Source: Mizuhopecten yessoensis (lineage: Eukaryota). From it: 64,000 nucleotides of DNA. The notes below the pieces were generated by a model that saw nothing but the letters and a program-made list of their open reading frames with translations, had not been told where the DNA came from and did not search any database. The stretch is taken from the NCBI RefSeq assembly GCF_002113885.1, contig NW_018408770.1, positions 776,458 to 840,457 of the forward strand, in the 5' to 3' direction. Within the stretch, counting starts at the first letter, position 1, and every line of letters begins with the position of its first letter. Below, piece by piece: positions 28,244 to 40,676 of the stretch. The translations under genes and the position numbers were made by a program.

Positions 28244-28759
28244 TTACATTATAAACAAATTCAATCGTGAAGCTAAGTCATCTTATGAATAAGTAAATGC
28301 ACAACCATGTGTGAAGGGCGTCGAGTACATATTTAATAAGATTGCTTAAAATGTCCTTAAACGACGAAAAGCAACAGAAAATATACATGGTATCACCGAT
28401 TATATGTTATCTGTTTCAAGGAAGATACTCATAATAGATTGTTTCGAACTTTATTTTGCGAATATTTGGGAACTTACAACTCATTGTTCTTCTCATATCT
28501 ACCGGGCTCCCTGAGAGTGTTATAATATATAAATCACGGGAAAAAAAGGAAGAATAAGGCCCAAAATATCGCCTGATTGCTGAATAAAATTATAAAAATG
28601 AGCTATTTCCTAGGTGACCGTTTAACCGCTTGGGCGATCGGAATATTATCCAATCTCCGTGCAATCCCATTTATCATTTATTACATTTTATTAATGCACG
28701 TACTTAGATAATCTAATTCCGTGATTATTATTATTATTAATATTATTTTCACTTGTGAA

Positions 28760-29120
28760 ATGAAACCTTCCGGACTTCACCTATCCGTAGCCCTACAGGT
28801 GTTTAGAATAATTGTCAAACCGGAAACTACCCGAAAGGTAGTTCAGATTTGAGCACAAAAAGAAGTGTTTTTAGAAGATACCCACTGGAACATTAATCAT
28901 ACAAGGAGATGAAATATCCACACTTTAAAGGTTGAAATGAACCTCATTGTTATTGTGAGTTGTCAATGTAAAAAGATAGGTTCTAAATAACTCTTTTCAG
29001 TCGTGTAATCCTACTTTCTCTTTTGATTGGCCGCTTGCTATTTCCCACGTCATGGACTTCAGTATGTGCTTCCCAGTAGCTATTTAGAACCAACGATAGT
29101 AAATAAACAAAACAAAATGG
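28760..29120 (+). promoter_or_regulatory. Candidate promoter of an unidentified plus-strand gene
   Basis: ETS motifs CTTCCGG (28767-28773) and CCGGAA (28820-28825), inverted CCAAT box ATTGG (29026-29030), CCACGTCAT (29045-29053), Inr-like TCAGT (~29059); no recognisable transposon here. Confidence 0.35.
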
Positions 29121-29817
29121 AAGAAACTGATATAAATGTATTCAGGCTTTAAGTTTTAAAAGACAAATATTCACAGTTTTATCAAATAAATTCTCAGGAG
29201 TCGATATTTTGTGATCAAATTTTTAATTTGTTAGCCTAACTAATTCTGTGATTCGAAATTTCAGAGTCAGTCATTCAATATAAATTAAATAGTGCAATTA
29301 TTTCATTTATTTAAGCAAATCTTAACAACGACCCTAGTTTGAACCCACTAACAATATTTATTCTACCTACCAGTCTCTTACGATAAGCATGTCAGAGTTA
29401 TCTCCCATGTAACACTGAAAAAACTCCATGGAGTTTTTTCCACTTTGCATTTAACAAATATCCGCAGAAAAGTTATTTTTTACACAACTGCAGAGGGATT
29501 ATAAAGCTGGCATTGAAATTGCATGCATTTTTGGCAACTTGACACTACATTGCACTTAATTATTATTAATGCTTCACAGATTGTTACCATAATTTGTATG
29601 AAAGGAGTTAGAGTACAGTAACCCATGGAGCCAGAGGGGTAAGGAATACCAATGGGCCAATAAAGGGTAAACTTAAGCTATTTACTTTTCGAAAATATAC
29701 TCCTTAAAGCCAGGATTGTTGGCATATTTAGTCTGAATTATCCCTATAGGGCAAGGTGATCATGTGTTGTATTTACATTGCAAGAAATCCTACTCATAAT
29801 TGAATGGAATTATATCT

Positions 29818-30375
29818 CAATCTGATTAAAATCATCTCTTACATGGCTCCGCCTGAACATCTGAGTGTGCCGCAGTCAGGGTCACGTTCAGGTGACCTTT
29901 ATATTTATAAATACTCATTAAATTTTGACCAATCAGAAACCCTCTTTCGAAAGGGCGCTCAGAGTTGTAACAAATATGGCGGACATTGATGAAAATGATG
30001 CAAACGTTCTGAAGTTATTTGAGATTGATCGTCTGAAACCCAAACAGAAAAAGATATTCAAAGCTTTTTTAGAGAAGAAAGACTGTATGGCGGTGTTGCC
30101 AACGCAATTATTACCCAATGGGTTCGTTTTCCTTGGCATCGTAGAAACGTCAGTTCCCACCGCCATATTTGTTTTGGAAAAACTAATCTGTTCGATACCC
30201 TCGCTATTTATCTATCAACCATGATATTTCGATTCGCTGGCAAACTTTTGCCAGCGCACCTATGATTGGTTCATCTAAAGGTCACTTGAACGTGACCCTG
30301 ACCGCGGCACATTCAGATGTTCAGGCATAGTACGACGTTAACGAAGCCATGTAACATATGATTTTAATCAGATTG
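29818..30375. mobile_element. Non-autonomous DNA transposon, AcademH-like internal deletion derivative
   Basis: TIRs of ~83-100 bp starting CAATCTGATTAAAATCAT / ending ATGATTTTAATCAGATTG; perfect 9-bp TSD ATTATATCT (29809-29817, 30376-30384); contains a RecQ-like helicase N-terminus and a convergent ORF start. Confidence 0.85.
29976..30104 (+). pseudogene. Truncated RecQ-family (SF2) helicase N-terminus carried by the transposon
   Basis: MADIDENDANVLKLFEIDRLKPKQKKIFKAFLEKKDCMAVLPT matches RecQ motif 0 (LxxFxxxxL/FK/RPxQxxxIxxxLxxKD) and the start of motif I (AVLPT-G-x-GKS), breaking off exactly before the Walker A glycines. Confidence 0.75.
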
Positions 30376-31078
30376 ATTATATCTGTATTTGGTTTGAAAC
30401 ATCACTTGTAGGGCAAAGTGACTACATTTTCTGATAAATAAAGTTGATGCAACCGCTAGGGATCAAGAGGTAGGGCCAAAATACACCTGATTTTGGGTGT
30501 ACAACTTAATATACTTCAAATGGTTGATATCATACTACCATATAATAAGATACACACATACATGTATAGGCATGGAGAAACAAATATATACCAGGATTGG
30601 CTTTTAGGTCCTGCCCCAACCCTGGTTCCATCATCTCTTGTTCATCACATGGAAGAATTTGAGATTTCCACCCTGTTACCATATTTATAGCTTGGCATGA
30701 AGAAATGAACACAATCATGCTTCCAAGGATTTGATTATTGGTAGTCCTGCATAGGGTCATAACATGGAAATCGTAAGCATTCATACCCCATAAGCCATAC
30801 ATACAGATTTCAACAAATTTATCATACAGTGCTATGAAGCATTTTTTGTTCCCTGCTTTGTTGCATAAAAGAAAAGGGTAGTCCCCTTGGCAATTTTTTT
30901 CTGTAAAAGTGTATTAAAAAACACAGCCATCATGTTACTCAGGTACAATCCAGTACAATTCACAATCCAGTACAGTATATGTGTCAAGGGACATAACTCC
31001 TTTTTGCTTGAACAGGTCTGTTACCAACTTTTTCCCTTAACAAAATTAGGAAACATTCTCAAAAGAATCACTGAATCA

Positions 31079-31365
31079 TTTAAGCTCACCTGCCCGAAGA
31101 GTAAGTGAGCTTATAAGCTTATGTCAGGGTGCCGCTTCGGAATCCGTCTGTTGTCCTCCGTCAACTTTTCCTTTAAACAACTTCTTCTGAAGAAGAACCA
31201 AAAAGCATAGAATCATACAATAATATTTGGCTGGTAGTTTTAACAGATGGAGCCGACAATGTTTACGGTGAAACATTATTTAGTATAGTATAATATTCAA
31301 TGAATATTTTGCTATGACTGCTCAAACATTCAGGTGAGCGATACAGGTCCTCTAGGGCTCTTGTT
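31079..31365 (+). mobile_element. Short HINE-like element (internal array collapsed)
   Basis: AGCTCACCTG...GTGAGCTTAT 5' end, degenerate CGTC tract, 3' CAGGTGAGCGATACAGGTCCTCTAGGGCTCTTGTT; body matches the 5' and 3' ends of the 48942-50175 copy. Confidence 0.82.
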
Positions 31366-32203
31366 ACATCAGGCTTTAATTTCTAGTAACACTCATGGCT
31401 TCAGACTCTAGTAATATTACAGTAGTGCTACATTATAAGCCCACACAAAATGATATGCATATATATCTGTTCAGTGTTACTTCAAGAAAAAAATGGGTAT
31501 TCATTTATTTTCATTTCTCTTAAAGAGTTCATTGTGTCTCTGTAGTAAAACTACTGACATTACTTTTTCTTGTTTAAAATATAACCCCTAGTGTTGGCTG
31601 TGAAAATCAATACAGTTTTGCCATGTCTATCTGTCACACAGTGACATCATATATTTAACAGCTTCATTTGTTTTTTCATGAAACTTCAACAGAGAATCAG
31701 TTCAAAGGTAGCTTGAATGAGTAAGCGTTTCAGCATTTTGTACCCAAGGTCAAGGTCAGTGTAACTCTGAATCGAAAAAAAAATGATGTCATCTCTATGG
31801 TACCTTTTTTTGTAGTCGCATTTCCATGAAATTTCACGTAGAGACTAAGTATGAAGGTAACTTTAAGGCGGTTGTGTTTCAGAAATTTGCACCAAAGGCC
31901 AGGGACACTGTTTCTTTAAGTAGAAAACATCTTTGTGCAGTGACTTTATCTCTCTAGTGCCTTTTCAGATCGCCTTGACACTTCATATGAATGTAACTTC
32001 AAAGATATCATGTGTAAGCATTTTGCACCAGAGGTCAAGGTCACAATTTCTATAAATACTAAAAAAAATATCTTTCCATCACTCCAATGCCTAACCTTCA
32101 TTTGCGATTGGATTTCCATGAAAGTTCATACAAGGGTTAAGTGCCAGGATAGCTTGAACAATTTCTCATTTCAGTTTTCATTAAAGGTCAAGGACACTGT
32201 TAG

Positions 32204-32433
32204 TGTAACAGGAAAGATAAATGCACGACCAGACTGGGATTCAATCTCTACACATACGCTTGAGTTACCTGGTCACCTGCTAACAACCCAATCCAGTTCC
32301 GCTACATTCCTGCCTCCTTTAACAAAGTCTTTGACCCGAAGACACATGAAAGTCTATACCACCCTCTGTGGGATAATATTTTCGTTGGAGACCAAATGTA
32401 ACAGGAGAGAAAAATGCACAGCCAGTTTGGGGT
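32204..32433 (-). mobile_element. Miniature LTR retroelement (TRIM) with tRNA-like LTRs, 5' LTR truncated
   Basis: Minus strand: 5' LTR remnant ending CCTGTTACA (32397), TT, PBS-like TGGTCTCCAACG (32394-32383), ~90-bp interior, PPT AAAGGAGGCAGGAA (32320-32307), then a 103-bp 3' LTR TGTAGCGG...CCTGTTACA (32306-32204) containing degenerate A/B boxes. Confidence 0.68.
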
Positions 32434-32552
32434 CTTATAGACATTTCTAGTTTATAGAGATTTTTTTTTTTTTAAATGTTTGTGTACAAAACACATTTAT
32501 AATTTATTTTTACTCTATTTTTCCCTAGTTTACTTTTAGCGGTAAGAGCCTG

Positions 32553-32668
32553 GGCCCATTTGTATAAAACATCTCAACTCTTGAGATTTCCTCAAGTCTA
32601 AGATTTCCCATAGACAATACATTGCTTGAGATTTTCCTTAACTTTGAGATGGTTTATACAAGTGACCC
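32553..32668. mobile_element. 116-bp MITE with CTG target duplication (PIF/Harbinger-like)
   Basis: TIRs GGCCCATTTGTATAAAACATCTCAA / TTGAGATGGTTTATACAAGTGACCC, with CTG at 32550-32552 and 32669-32671. Confidence 0.65.
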
Positions 32669-35189
32669 CTGGTAATGGTAAAAGCTCAGTCAGAAGGTCA
32701 AAGGTTACCATAAGATTATTTTCTGTGGAGTTCTCGCACCAACTTGAACTTAATTAACGATAGGCAAATGGGAACAATGTGTTTATGTTATATGTACAAC
32801 CCAAACAACAAAACATTTGACTTGAAAACTATTGAGAAGTAAAGGCACATGTCATTTTATTGATATTTGAGAGAATTAGATATAAAATAGATCAGTTACA
32901 TCAAGAAGTGATAAAAACCCAAGTCCTCCAAAATGGTAGGAGATATCAGTCTCCAGTCTTCCTGTTCTGTTACTATTGATACTTTGGGATCAATACATTA
33001 GTGAAGGATGTTCTATGACTCACAATGGTAACTGCCAGGCTTATTAGGTCTTGTGTTCTTTTACAGGACAACAATAGTTACATACAAAATGCATGACAAT
33101 TATATATTACAAAAAGTCCTGGTTTAACAAATCAAAAAGAACCTAAATAAAAAAGAAATACATAATAAGGGTTTTCAAGACAAAGTCAAAAAGTATATAT
33201 AAAATGTCTGTTGTCTGAAATAGACTCTTTCAAATGATTTATTGTCTATGCTTTCTGGTTACTTTCTTTGGCTATAACAAACCTGAATTAAGGCACATTC
33301 ACTACTCTAGAAAGCGTGCTGTTTTCTAGTACCCAAAAGGATTTCGTTTTTGATTAGTCAAGATAGCAATTGATTGGTAGGAATACTTTTATAACAATAC
33401 TCAAGAACCATTTTGCACCTTATTTAACAACATCACATCAAATCTAATTTCAAAGAAAATATTTTGTGTTGAAGTGAATTAATTATTAATGATTTCAGAT
33501 ACGAACCCTAGAATATTGGACTCGATTTACTCTGTTTGACAATTAAATATGTTGAATGATAGAGGAGGCTGATTTCCAGGCATGGTATACTCATATAAAA
33601 TTATCACATCAATGATCAGTCTTTTTTTATTTATCTTCAATATGTGCATGTATATAACATATTTGTTGCTGGATGTAGTGCTTTTCCTATTCATCATACT
33701 TTAAAGCATGGATAGTTTAAATGAAATCTTCAATTTTGATAAGATATATTAAATGCACATAATGAAACATCAGCATTCAAATTTGCATGCAGGGTCGTAA
33801 ATCTTCAATCATCAAAGTGAACTTTTTGCACACAGGGGTTATAAGGCGTGGGATAGAACTATCCCTGGGATACAGCCTTACATCATCATACTCGTAGCAG
33901 CAATAACACACTCCTATACAGTCACCAAATCATTCATATCGGTTACTGTGAAAATTAATTTTGAACTTTTCTTGTGATTCATTTCTGATGATTTTAACTT
34001 CCTAGAATTTTGTGTTGTGCCGATTATTGAGTTTTGCAGAAGTTAACCAAATCTTACCATATTTCTCTGTCAGTGAGCCGAGCCCATGCCTGGTAATAAG
34101 CCACAACCTATATTTATTGTAGTTCAGTCAAAATGCAAGCAAATATGCTACATTTTTGTATTTCATTATCTTGGTATAAGGCCATTTTATAAGAGTCTGA
34201 GATTTTGAGTTTTCCCCTGGGATTTTTGCAGGATAAATATGGTACCAGAGTATGATGACCTGATAAGAATTTTACACAAAATAGTACTAATTATATAATG
34301 CTATTACTTTTCTTTGTGTAAAAAATTAAACGAAAGACAAGTATTCATGAACTGATTTGCATTTTCACTTTTTAGGTGTAAAATTGTGTGAATACATTGT
34401 CTGTTAGGTCTGATCTGTTGTACAGCCTCTGTTTACAAATAATGCGGACAGAGACAGTAACAAATGAGGTTTTGATTCATGGCTGAGAAAAATGGTGGTG
34501 TGTATTTATTTTCATTGACAAGAAACCAATTGGACTCTTGCCCAATGATTTTGAGGTATTTTTCTATGCTGTAGGTTCATGAGAGACATATATAAATCAT
34601 TACAGTTGAAAATTGGATGAACACATCACTATCTAGCTAGTTTACACTTAAGACAATGTCAGAAATTACTTAAATATTACCTGTCCCATTACAACTGATA
34701 TAGATCTCCTCGGAAGCCTAATTACCAATGTATTGACTCGTGTGAGTATTATAAGTACTGTATCAGGAGACTCCTGTATTTGCAAAGTCAGGTACTAACC
34801 TATAACTTCTACTGTAAATACCTGAGTTGACAGTAAAGGAAAAGTGATAGGGATTGTGAGGTAGTCTCTTTGTTAAGGGTCAAAGGGGTGTCACAAGGTC
34901 GTGGCCCGGCTCATCTTGGGTCAGGAAAGTACTGTTCGCTCATTGTTGTCGCAACAGGATTGTTATGGTACAAAAATGGTAATTATTGTTGTCTTTAATG
35001 GACCATTACCTCACAAAAGTGGGCTGCTGATTTGTTTAGAACATATTGACATTTTGTCTGCAGATAATCTCATCATTTGAAAAGTACATTTTGTATTCTT
35101 TGAATAGAAATTTGAGTATTACAACACTTGTGTGTTTGCTATGTTTAAAAGAAGACCTTTTTGTAAAAAATACTTTCTTTTCATTCTAG

Positions 35190-35227
35190 ATATGGACTTG
35201 TAGACTGGAGGAAGTAACAAGAGACTG
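35190..35227 (+). other. Candidate 38-nt exon of an unidentified plus-strand transcript
   Basis: Strong acceptor TACTTTCTTTTCATTCTAG and consensus donor G|GTGAGT flank a purine-rich 38-mer; no homology recognised. Confidence 0.35.
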
Positions 35228-35685
35228 GTGAGTCATTTTATTTTTTAGCAATAAAGGGGGAGGGGGGGGGGGACTTTTACATAAAAAAATCTTAAATGTG
35301 TATGTATAGAAATACTCTATAAATGCCTGTATGTCAGATCATGCTTGCTAGAAATACTTGTGAAAACTTGAAGTGACACATATATTTTATGGGGTTTTAT
35401 TTTCACTATGTTTATGACCAGATATAATGCACCAGGTATGAACTCAGCACTTTCATTGGCCTTGTTACACGGAATTCAAACTCTGGGAAGTGTGACCATG
35501 AATTTTTGACCCTGTGAAATTGAAGCGCAACACACTTTATTGTAATATTTTCTATCACCAGTAAAATGTTCACTTGGTCTCATTCCAAACATGTTTACTC
35601 AAACTGGAGTTATTATAGACTAATTTCTAATGTAATTTGCAAGTGAGAACTGAATACAGCTTTTTGTGTAGTATATATATCACAT

Positions 35686-37745
35686 GTACTAACAATCAGC
35701 TGACGTCATGTCTATGTCATGTTTTGTATAGGAACACATGTTACTAGCAAACAGCTGACATCATGTTTATGTCATGTTTTGTATAGGAACACATGTCACT
35801 AACAAACAACCGACATCATGTCTATGTCATGCTTTTTATAGGAACACATGTTACTAGCAAACAGCTGACATCATGTTTATGTCATGCTTTTTATAGGAAC
35901 AAATGTCACTAGCAAACAGCTGACATCATGTTTATGTCATGCTTTTTATAGGAACAAATGTCACTAGCAAACAGCTGACATCATGTTTATGTCATGCTTT
36001 TTATAGGAACAAATGTCACTAGCAAACAGCTGACATCATGTTTATGTCATGCTTTTTATAGGAACAAATGTCACTAGCAAACAGCTGACATCATGTTTAT
36101 GTCATGTTTTGTATAGGAACACATGTTACTAGCAAACAGCTGACATCATGTTTATGTCATGCTTTTTATAGGAACAAATGTCACTAGCAAACAGCTGACA
36201 TCATGTTTATGTCATGCTTTTTATAGGAACACATGTTACTAACAAACAACCAACATCATGTTTATGTCATGCTTTTTATAGGAACAAATGTCACTAGCAA
36301 ACAGCTGACATCATGTTTATGTCATGTTTTGTATAGGAACACATGTCCCTAGCAAACAACCGACATCATGTTTATGTCATGCTTTTTATAGGAACAAATG
36401 TCACTAGCAAACAGCTGACATCATGTTTATGTCATGCTTTTTATAGGAACAAATGTCACTAGCAAACAGCTGACATCATGTTTATGTCATGCTTTTTATA
36501 GGAACACATGTTACTAGCAAACAACCAACATCATGTTTATGTCATGCTTTTTATAGGAACACATGTCACTAACAAACAACCAACATCATGTTTATGTCAT
36601 GCTTTTTATAGGAACACATGTCACTAGCAAACAGCTGACATCATGTTTATGTCATGCTTTTTATAGGAACACATGTCACTAGCAAACAGCTGACATCATG
36701 TTTATGTCATGTTTTGTATAGTAGCATGTTACTAACAAACAGCTGACATCATGTGTATGTAATGTTTCGTATAGTAGCATGTTACTAACAAAAAGCTGAC
36801 ATCATGTTTATGTAATGTTTCGTATAGTAGCATGTTACTAACAAACAGCTGACATCATGTTTATGTCATGTTTTGTATAGGAACACATGTTACTAGCAAA
36901 CAGCTGACATCATGTTTATGTCATGTTTTTTATAGTAGCATGTTACTAACAAAAAGCTGACATCATGTTTATGTCATGTTTTGTATAGTAGCATGTTACT
37001 AACAAAAAGCTGGCATCATGTTTATATCATGTTTTGTATAGTAGCATGTTACTAACAAAAAACTGACATCATGTTTATATCATGTTTTGTATAGAAGCAT
37101 GTTACTAACAAAAAACTGACATCATGTTTCTGTCATGTTTTGTATAGTAGCATGTTACAAACAAACAGCTGACATCATGTTTATGTCATGTTTTGTATAG
37201 TAGCATGTTACTAACAAAAAGCTGACATCATGTCTATGTCATGTTTTTTAAAGTAGCATGTTACTAACAAAAAGCTGACATAATGTTTATGTCATGTTTT
37301 TTATAGTAGCATGTTACTAACAAAAAGCTGACATCATGTTTATGTCATGTTTTGTATAGTAGCATGTTACTAACAAACAGCTGACATCATGTTTATGTCA
37401 TGTTTTTTTTTATAGGAACACATGTTACTAGCAAACAGCTGACATCATGTTTATGTCATGATTTGTATAGTAGCATGTTACTAACAAAAAGCTGACATCA
37501 TGTTTATGTCATGTTTTGTATAGTAGCATGTTACTAACAAACAGCTGACATGATGTTTATGTCATGTTTTTTTTATAGGAACACATGTTACTAGCAAACA
37601 GCTTACATCATGTTTATGTCATGTTTTTTATAGGAACACATGTTACTAACAAATGGCTGATATCATTTTAATGTCATGCATTGTATAGGAACACATGTTA
37701 CTAACAAACAGCTGACATCTCTTGTATGTCATGTTTTTTTTATAG
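35686..37745. repeat. 55/53-bp minisatellite, ~38 copies
   Basis: GGAACACATGTTACTAGCAAACAGCTGACATCATGTTTATGTCATGCTTTTTATA (55 bp) to ~36720, then mostly a 53-bp GTAGCATG variant. Confidence 0.97.
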
Positions 37746-40676
37746 AAACACCTCTTTATAAAACAGGTGAAATCCTGTCTAGTCATGGTACATGTGTATG
37801 AAGTTACTCTTCAGATGTCTAATTAAATTAGTTGATTTGTGATCAACACTTGATGTGTGATAAGTATGATACTGTGTTCTGTGATCATTGCTTCATAGAA
37901 GTCACAATTACAATATGTAAAAGTAATAGGTTAATACTTCATTTAAGTTGCCTGCTGTGATCTTGGTATAATCGCAGTAAAATATCTTATTTGTAACAGG
38001 TGCATATATTACATGGTCCTTCTGTTGACATGGGATACATGAAGTAATCCATTTAGGTATAATCTGTAGGAATTTTTATTTGGAAATACTGAAAGGTACT
38101 TTATCCTGAATTATGCACCTTTAGATGCACCTTCATGTCATTATAACTTGTTGCCAGCGACAGCTATTTGTATGGCGTAGATATTCAAGCCTGTATGTCT
38201 GGTGTTTTCTCCACTTAGCTTGGGCTTTATCCATTAATACAGCCGAACAAAAATATTCATATGATGTTGCTTCTTTATGGCAATGCAATCAGTATTTCCT
38301 ACCCAGACACAGTCTTGATAGACATCCAGATACATGTAGGCAGGGGGGGAATAAGCTTTGGAAAAATATTCCAAGGTTTTCATGTTTATATTTTGTGCAG
38401 TCATTATAGACAAGTATTCAATGGATATGAAGAGATACTATTATTGATTTTACAGAAATATCGTGTAAACTGATGTAAATAAAATATAGTCAATTTTAAT
38501 AGTGGAAGGAAATCTCTTTGGAGATTCAGATTTGGGAGAGCAGTTGCTTTGTCAGATTTACTAGAATGGGTCTGGTTGGTCAGATAGAGGTTATTCAGGG
38601 TGTGTATCAAGGTCGGAGGACAGGGGACAGGCCATCTGTCTGACAAGTGTAAGTGTCAGACATACAGGCCAGATTAGCTGATCGTTGTATTGATCTGAGA
38701 TGATCCTGGGGGGCTGGCATCCTCCGTCATATCAACTGATAATGAAACTAAGATGTGACATTTATAAGGGTGGCTAAAACACAGCCAAGACAGGGACAAA
38801 TAAGGAGAAAGAAGGGGGGAGCGATGGGAAAGGTCACAATACCAGTAGCAAAGCAGATTATTGATTCAATTTTTTGGCCAATAATTTATCATTCACTCGG
38901 GAAGTGGGTAATGAGAACATGAATCATGAATTAGATAAGCGTGTAAACAAAAAAGTGTTTGTCGTGGCCGTTGGCTGTGTGTCTGCCATAGCTAATGATG
39001 TGATAGGACCAGCTAGCTAGTGGGAACTGGGTGTCAATTTGTGGCACAAGATGCATGCACGCACGTTATCCTAGATCCCGGACTGTCATCCATGTTTAAT
39101 GATGTTCGGAGACAATGATGACTCTGTCAGGCTATAGTTGTGACTTTGGCAGCCTGATTTATACCTCATCAGTACAACTGCATAATTGACTGTTTGGTGT
39201 TTTAAAGGTAGGTTGGATTGGCACTTTGTTTCTCCAGAGCTCCTTATCTCCAATCAGAAATTATACGATTTGTTTATAGACACAAGGCTGCAGAAACTGA
39301 CTGCTCCCTCTGATGATGAGTGGTCCCTTTAATTCAGTGTGTACTATAGAGAGAGACCCTGGTAGATATCATATGGTTGGACTATTATCAGTCGATAGGT
39401 GTTCTGGAGGGAGGAAACTATAGGAGGACCTGAAATAAAACTAATGGCTATAGCTACTAGTTTAATATAGGTTTCCTAAATACTTTCTGTTTTAGCTAAG
39501 CAAAATCACAGACTATAGATATGGGAACAGTACAAATTATACTAATGTCTAAGAAAGTTAATGTTCACACAATATATAACACATTTATCTTGCAGGTTTT
39601 TGTTGTTTTTGTATATAAAATCAAAATAAATCAAATGAAGAGGTTGAAGTTTTTGCCAAAGCCCAGTATATGGTTGAGGACGATCATCAATCAAAAAGTA
39701 AATAAGGAAGCAATACCAAACCTGTTTTAGTGGTTATACAGGTAAAATGTAGAGGCTTTAACATGGTAATCTGTGAGAATGTTTCATAACTAGGTTAAAG
39801 TTATTTCAAACATCAATTCCTCTCTACTACAGAAATGTATAAATGCTAAGTTTGTTTGAACTCGAACAGGTATTGAAAAATCATTTTGCGAGCTTTTTGA
39901 AATGTCTTGTTTCCTCGGTCAAGCAAAGATTGCAAATCTTCTTTGTATAATATTTCCTGTTATTTTTCTGAACGATAAGGTATGTTCATCTAGTTTTCCT
40001 TTAATTTCCTCCTGCCCTAAGCAGCAGTGTGATGTTATACACTGGCACATCATCAATTTGTGAGCTATTAAATAAAAAATCCTACTATTCCTCAATGCCA
40101 ATAAATAAATAAAAAAAAAAACCAATTTGGCTGAGGGTACTCGATCAATGTGGTATAAACAAAGAGTGCGACCTCCCTAGCGGTAGAGGGACAGGAACCA
40201 TTTTGGAAAATAGAGTAAAATCTTTAAAGGAACATTGCATTATATCAACGATAAAATCTCTCGTAATTTACCTGTCACATTAGGCACTAACTGAGTATCA
40301 TAGATAGAGGATGACATTTATCCAAATATACTATAGTAAGCAATGTTTTCAGGATTTTAGATTAGTAAATTATAACATTGTTTGCAAATCATGATATAGA
40401 CTTGGAAAGTTAGTTATTATAGTGAAACATTGATAAAATGCCATCTTTCTCTCATTTCCCTGTGTGTAAGATAGAGCTGTCCAGGGAAAGAAAGGGGTGT
40501 GGGATTTTTTTTATCTTACCTAGTACACCCCATTTCATGTGACGTGATATCACAATGGCTCAACAATAATGTGACGTCAGGTATTTGGAATTCTCTGATG
40601 CTGCAATGTGGAAAAAGCGACATGATGAAATTAAAACCTTTTACGATATATTTACATGTTAGAAAGATGTGATTAA

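Noticed and set aside
28825-28843. Small hairpin AACTACC-CGAAA-GGTAGTT
   Set aside because: Too short to distinguish from chance, and bacterial-style terminators are irrelevant here.
38540-39200. GC-richer non-repeat block with several GATA motifs (possible enhancer or exon)
   Set aside because: Short motifs are expected by chance and no ORF or splice pair is evident; needs conservation data.
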